Shown here piece after piece: positions 59,600 to 64,000 of a stretch of DNA of 64,000 nt. The notes under the pieces were generated by a model that was not told where the DNA came from, did no database searches, and was given only the letters and a program-made list of their open reading frames with translations. Position numbers and translations under genes: made by a program. The stretch comes from Planctomycetota bacterium (GTDB lineage: Bacteria; Planctomycetota; UBA1135; UBA2386): contig JBKAGP010000001.1 in assembly GCA_046290465.1 (NCBI GenBank), positions 1,824,001 through 1,888,000 of the forward strand, given 5' to 3'. The number at the start of each line of letters is the position of its first letter. The stretch's first letter is position 1.

Positions 59600-61405
59600 G
59601 TGTTCGTCTCCATCCTCCGCAGCCTCTGCTTCGGCCTGCTGCTGGTCTGCGCCGCCTCCGCCCAGCACCAGTTCGCACCGCTCGGCAGCCGCATCATGGA
59701 CGGCAGCCAGGACCTCGTGCCGGTGCAGCTCGGCTTTGCGTTCGCGATGCCCGGCGGCGCCGTGGTCACCTCGATCGACGTCGACGAGAACGGTCGGCTG
59801 GTCGAGAACGGCAGCGACCCGGCCGACCCGAGCGAGACGCTTGCCGAGCTGACCGCCAACCCGACCGGCTCGATCAACGTGCTGTGGGACGCGCAGCTCT
59901 ACCTCGCCAACGACGCCGGCGTCTACTTCTTCACCGACAACGTCGGCTTCGCCGCGATCACGTGGACGCGGGTGACGTTCTTCGGGCCGCCGTGCACCTA
60001 CCAGTGCCAGCTGTTCGGCAACGGCCGCATCGTGATGCTGTACGACAGCAACTGCCCGCCGGTCGACGGCATCGTCGGCGTCTGCCCCGGCAACGGCGCG
60101 ACGCTGCCGCCGCCGTCCAACCTCGACGCGGCCCGCACCGGCCCGCCGCTGCAGTCGACCGATCGGACCGTGTTCGAACGGTTCGGCACACAGCTCGGCG
60201 TCGACACGTTCGACCTGCCCAGCAGCGCGCTCGAGTTCGTGCCCAACGGCGTCGGCGGCGCCAACGGCTGGACCGTCACCGGTAGCGTCGGCGTGCCGGA
60301 TCCGACGCTGGCGTTCGCGCGCAACGAGGCGTTCGACGGCGGCGACTGCGTGACGGCGCGCTTCCATCCGGTGACGCTGTTGTGGACCCCGGACGGCAGC
60401 GGCGGCTACGACGTCAGCTCGGCGCCGATCGCCTACAACCCGGCGATCGGCCCCGACGCCGGCCTGGTCGGCGACGACGAGGCGCTCGGCGGCTTCGACC
60501 TCGGCTTCCCGTTCCTGTGGCCCGACGGCAGCACCAACCCGTTCGCCAAGGTCGACTCCAACGGCCGCATCGGGCCGGACGTGCCGGCGTTCGTCGCCGA
60601 CTTCTCGCCGAGCCTCGCCGACCTGCACGGCGACGGCCACGCGATCATCGCGCCGCTGTGGACCGACGTGAACATCGCGGCATTGGGCAGCGGCAGGATC
60701 CACTTCGCCAAGGTCCCGGGCGTGTCGGCGACGTTCACCTGGGACAACGTGCTGCAGTTCAACGCGACGCTGCCGATCACCTTCCAGGTGACGCTGTTCG
60801 CGAACGGCCTGATCCAGATCAACCTGCTCGACCTGGTGCACTACAACCGGACGACCAGTCCGGACGACACGATCATCGGCGCGTCGTCGGGCGTCGGCCC
60901 GGACCCGGGTGAGATCGACCTCTCCGCGCTCGGCACCGCCAACACCGGACGCACCGGCTACGAGTTCTGGGACTCGAGCAACGGCGCCGAGCCGTTCGAC
61001 CTGGTCCGCGACCTGACCGTCGACTACGGCCGCCTCGCCGCGCTGACGCTGCCGAAGATCGGCCAGAGCTGGGACCTCGAACTGCGGGACGCACCGGCGC
61101 AGGCGACGTTCGGCCTCTACGTGGTCGGCACCGCCACGCAGAACCTCGACCTGACGCCGCTCGGCAGCCCGTGCACGCTGGTGCCGACGCTCGACGCGCT
61201 GGTGACGGCGACGCCGACGGCCGCGCCGGGCGTGATGACGCCGATCCGCTTCGCGATCCCGCTGCAGGCCAACCTGATCGGCTTCGAGGTGTTCGTGCAG
61301 GCCGTGCACGACGGTGCGCCGATGCCGCCGTTCACCGGCTTCGCCGGCCTGCCGTGGGCGTTCGTGTTGACCAACACGATCAAGGGCACGGTCGGCTCGC
61401 TCTGA
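59600..61405 (+). CDS. Secreted protein with two tandem NIDO-like domains and a C-terminal beta domain
   Basis: Signal ...AASA-Q; twice LGF.F..P.G....VD.NGR...I..LW...TW..V...(Y/F)Q..LF.NG.I. Confidence 0.75.
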   Translation: MFVSILRSLCFGLLLVCAASAQHQFAPLGSRIMDGSQDLVPVQLGFAFAMPGGAVVTSIDVDENGRLVENGSDPADPSETLAELTANPTGSINVLWDAQLYLANDAGVYFFTDNVGFAAITWTRVTFFGPPCTYQCQLFGNGRIVMLYDSNCPPVDGIVGVCPGNGATLPPPSNLDAARTGPPLQSTDRTVFERFGTQLGVDTFDLPSSALEFVPNGVGGANGWTVTGSVGVPDPTLAFARNEAFDGGDCVTARFHPVTLLWTPDGSGGYDVSSAPIAYNPAIGPDAGLVGDDEALGGFDLGFPFLWPDGSTNPFAKVDSNGRIGPDVPAFVADFSPSLADLHGDGHAIIAPLWTDVNIAALGSGRIHFAKVPGVSATFTWDNVLQFNATLPITFQVTLFANGLIQINLLDLVHYNRTTSPDDTIIGASSGVGPDPGEIDLSALGTANTGRTGYEFWDSSNGAEPFDLVRDLTVDYGRLAALTLPKIGQSWDLELRDAPAQATFGLYVVGTATQNLDLTPLGSPCTLVPTLDALVTATPTAAPGVMTPIRFAIPLQANLIGFEVFVQAVHDGAPMPPFTGFAGLPWAFVLTNTIKGTVGSL

Positions 61406-61466
61406 GCGCGGCCGCGCCGTCCTTTTTCGTTGTCGGCGGCCGCGGCGAGGCCGACACTCGCGGGCG

Positions 61467-62390
61467 ATGGTCTTCGGCAAACTCCTCAAAGCCCTCAAGA
61501 AAACCCGCGACGTCCTGACCACGGGCCTGTCCCGCCTGTTCTCGGGCAGGAAGCTCGACGAGGACTTCCTCGAGGAGCTCGAAGAGGTCCTCTACAACAG
61601 CGACCTCGGCCCGCTCGGCACGCGCATCGTCGACGAGCTCAAGGAGTCGTACAAGAAGCGGGAGGTCAAGACCGTCGAGGAAGTTCCGGAGTTCCTGCGC
61701 GTCAAACTGCACGAGATGATGCAGGGCTGCGAGGGCGAACTGACCAAGGCCGCGAGCGGTCCGACCGTGATCCTGGTGGTCGGCGTCAACGGCGCCGGCA
61801 AGACCACGTCGATCGCCAAGCTCGCCAACCACCTCAAGCAGCAGGGCCACTCGGTGCTGCTCGGCGCCGGCGACACGTTCCGCGCGGCGGCGGTCGAGCA
61901 GCTGACGCTGTGGTCCGAACGGCTCGGCATCGAGATCGTCAAGCAGGGCACCGGCGCCGACCCGGCCGCCGTCGCGTTCGACGCCACCGCCGCGGCCGTC
62001 GCGCGCCAGGTCGACTACCTGATCCTCGACACCGCCGGCCGCCTGCACACCCAGAAGAACCTGATGACCGAGCTCGAGAAGATCGTGCGGGTCGTCAAGA
62101 AGCAGCTGCCCGACGCGCCGCACGAGACGCTGCTGGTGCTCGACGGCACCACCGGCCAGAACGCGATCCGCCAGGCCAGCGAGTTCGCCAGGTCCGCGCC
62201 CGTCTCGGGCCTGATCCTCGCGAAGATGGACGGCACCGCCAAGGGCGGCGCCTTGTTCGGCATCCGCGACGTGCTGCCGGTGCCGGTGCAGTTCCTCGGC
62301 GTCGGCGAGGGCATCGACGACCTCGAGAAGTTCGTCGCCAAGGACTACGTCGACGCCATCCTCAAGTTCGACGAAGCAGCCAACGCATGA
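61467..62390 (+). CDS. ftsY: Signal recognition particle receptor FtsY
   Basis: GVNGAGKTTSIAKL, DTFRAAA.EQL, DPAAV, DTAGRLH, DGTTGQN, KMDGTAKGG. Confidence 0.97.
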   Translation: MVFGKLLKALKKTRDVLTTGLSRLFSGRKLDEDFLEELEEVLYNSDLGPLGTRIVDELKESYKKREVKTVEEVPEFLRVKLHEMMQGCEGELTKAASGPTVILVVGVNGAGKTTSIAKLANHLKQQGHSVLLGAGDTFRAAAVEQLTLWSERLGIEIVKQGTGADPAAVAFDATAAAVARQVDYLILDTAGRLHTQKNLMTELEKIVRVVKKQLPDAPHETLLVLDGTTGQNAIRQASEFARSAPVSGLILAKMDGTAKGGALFGIRDVLPVPVQFLGVGEGIDDLEKFVAKDYVDAILKFDEAANA

Positions 62391-64000
62391 CGGACGCCAG
62401 CAGCGAACCGGTGGCCGGGCCGCGGTGGCTGCCGTGGGTCTGCCTCGGCCTGCTGGTGCTGCCCTTCCACCCGCTGTGGCTCGACTTCGAGCAGGTCCGC
62501 CGCGGCCTGCTGCTGCTGCTGGTCGGCGCGCTGCTGTGCGGCAGCGAAGCACTCGCCGCCGCGCGCGGCACCGGACGCCTGCCGGCCGTGCGTGGCGGCG
62601 GCATCGGCCTGCTGTTCGTCGGCGGCCTTGCGCTGAGCGCCATCGTGCAGTTCGGCGTGCAGAGCGCCTTCCACGACGACGGCACGCCGTGGTCGTTCCA
62701 GCCGTGGGAGGCGGCCTACCGGATCGCGCACTGGCTGGCGCTGCTGACGATCGTGCGGATCGGCGCGCTGACGAAGCTCGCGGCGATCGCGGCGCCGGTC
62801 GCGACCCTGCTGCTGCTCACCTCGCTGTTCGGCCTGCTGCAGCGCATGGGCCTCGCCGAGATCGGCGGCTACGGCGTCGAGCGCGAGCCGGTCTCGACGC
62901 TCGGCAACCTCAACGTCGCCTCCGAGTGGACCGCGGTCGCCGCCGCCGCGACCGCCGTGCTGCTGCCGCACTTCGCCCCGAACCGTCGCTGGCTGCCGCT
63001 GCTGGCGCTGGCGTGCGCCGGGGCCTACCTGGTCGTCAACCCGTCGCGCTCGGGCAAGGTCGCCGCGACCGTCGGCCTGGTGCTGCTGGCGCTGATGCGG
63101 CGCCGGCAACGCGGCTGGCTGCCGCTGGCGGCGGCCGCCGGCGGCGCCCTGCTCGGCGCGCTGCTGGTCGCGGCGACGACGCTGCCGCAGCCGGACAAGG
63201 TCGCGATGCGCAAGGAGCTCGAGCGCGGCACGGTGACGCTGCAGGTGCGGTTCGAGATCGCGCGCGGCGCGATGCAGCTGCTGAAGGAGTCGCCCGTGTT
63301 CGGCAAGGGCCCGGGGCAGTTCCAGGTCGAGTACCCGCGCCATCGCAGCACGGCCGAGATCGAGGCGTCGAGCTTCGAACGGCAGTTCACGACCGAGGTG
63401 CGCACCGCGCACGACGACTGGCTCGAACTGCTGGTCGACGGTGGCCTGCCGATGATCGTGCTGTTCGCCGCGATGCTGTTCGCGCTGCAGCGCGGCCAGC
63501 GCGACAAGACCCGGCTGGTGCCGATGTTCGTGCTGCTGCTGCTGATGTTCGTGCGCGCGCCGGTGTTCAACGCACCGGCGGCGGCGCTGGCGTTCTGGCT
63601 GGTCGGCACGCCCGACGCGCCGACCGCGCCCGCCTCCTGGCGACGCTGGCTCAGCATCGTGCTGGCGGTCGTCGCCGGCGTCGCGATGCTCGTGCTCGGC
63701 ACCCTGCCGGTCGCCGGCAACACCGCGTTCGTGCCGTACCTGCGCGCCAAGCGCGACGGCACGCCCGCGCCGGTCGAGGCCGCCGCGGCCGCTTCGGAGT
63801 GGATGCCGTACGAGCCGCGCTGGCTCGAGGTGCAGGCCCGCGAGGCGATGGTCGACGGCAACCTGTCGGAGGCCGCGCAGCGCTGCGACGAGGCGCTGTC
63901 GCTGCGCCCGTTCTCGCCGCCGTTGCTGCTGCTGCTGGCGGAGATCCTGGCCCGCGGCAACCACTACGGCCAGGCGATCGAGCTGGCTCGCCGCGGCCTC
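62387..64000 (+). CDS. O-antigen ligase (WaaL/Wzy_C) family membrane protein with probable TPR tail; 3' end outside window
   Basis: Own translation from ATG 62387: many TM segments, STLGNLN, SRSG, PVFGKGPGQF, AHDDWLELLVDGG. Confidence 0.85.
   Translation, partial: MTDASSEPVAGPRWLPWVCLGLLVLPFHPLWLDFEQVRRGLLLLLVGALLCGSEALAAARGTGRLPAVRGGGIGLLFVGGLALSAIVQFGVQSAFHDDGTPWSFQPWEAAYRIAHWLALLTIVRIGALTKLAAIAAPVATLLLLTSLFGLLQRMGLAEIGGYGVEREPVSTLGNLNVASEWTAVAAAATAVLLPHFAPNRRWLPLLALACAGAYLVVNPSRSGKVAATVGLVLLALMRRRQRGWLPLAAAAGGALLGALLVAATTLPQPDKVAMRKELERGTVTLQVRFEIARGAMQLLKESPVFGKGPGQFQVEYPRHRSTAEIEASSFERQFTTEVRTAHDDWLELLVDGGLPMIVLFAAMLFALQRGQRDKTRLVPMFVLLLLMFVRAPVFNAPAAALAFWLVGTPDAPTAPASWRRWLSIVLAVVAGVAMLVLGTLPVAGNTAFVPYLRAKRDGTPAPVEAAAAASEWMPYEPRWLEVQAREAMVDGNLSEAAQRCDEALSLRPFSPPLLLLLAEILARGNHYGQAIELARRGL

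Noticed and set aside
59257..61405. Diversity-generating retroelement TR/VR pair
   Set aside because: Mismatches are not confined to adenines (C/T, C/G and others, many at third codon positions), and there is no reverse transcriptase in the window
61406..61428. Rho-independent terminator before ftsY
   Set aside because: Short GC palindrome separated from a 5-T run; too weak to call

Overview
Very GC-rich (roughly 70% by eye), densely coding bacterial chromosome segment with about 60 genes. I found no rRNA, tRNA, CRISPR, prophage or transposase. A Gram-negative, probably Planctomycetota-like host is inferred from the protein style only. Main blocks: glycogen genes (GH57, debranching enzyme, glgC); an uncharacterised S51-peptidase/esterase/ATP-grasp/esterase operon followed by a pentaheme cytochrome c; nupC-punA-GNAT-slyX; fdhD; FGE; thiolase, two lipoproteins, two cyclophilins, crotonase, pabB and pabC; HD-GYP; ClC; NUDIX-MBL; prkA-yeaH-spoVR; two animal-type glutaminyl-cyclase-like M28 enzymes; a phosphonate catabolism cluster; cheR-ribH-nusB; ftsY; an O-antigen-ligase-like gene. 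Most notable observations: (1) nearly all predicted signal peptides are followed by Gln, next to tandem glutaminyl cyclases, suggesting a Bacteroidetes-like Q-rule in another lineage; (2) three unrelated secreted proteins share a C-terminal domain that could be an undescribed sorting/anchoring signal; (3) an ~83 bp CTAG-bounded dispersed repeat sits at TAG stop codons, and at one copy a convergent gene has lost its stop; (4) the ATP-grasp operon beside the glycogen genes; (5) a 17-bp tandem amplification of the pabB/pabC junction. All calls come from motif recognition by eye with no database searches, and many starts were re-chosen from the ORF track.
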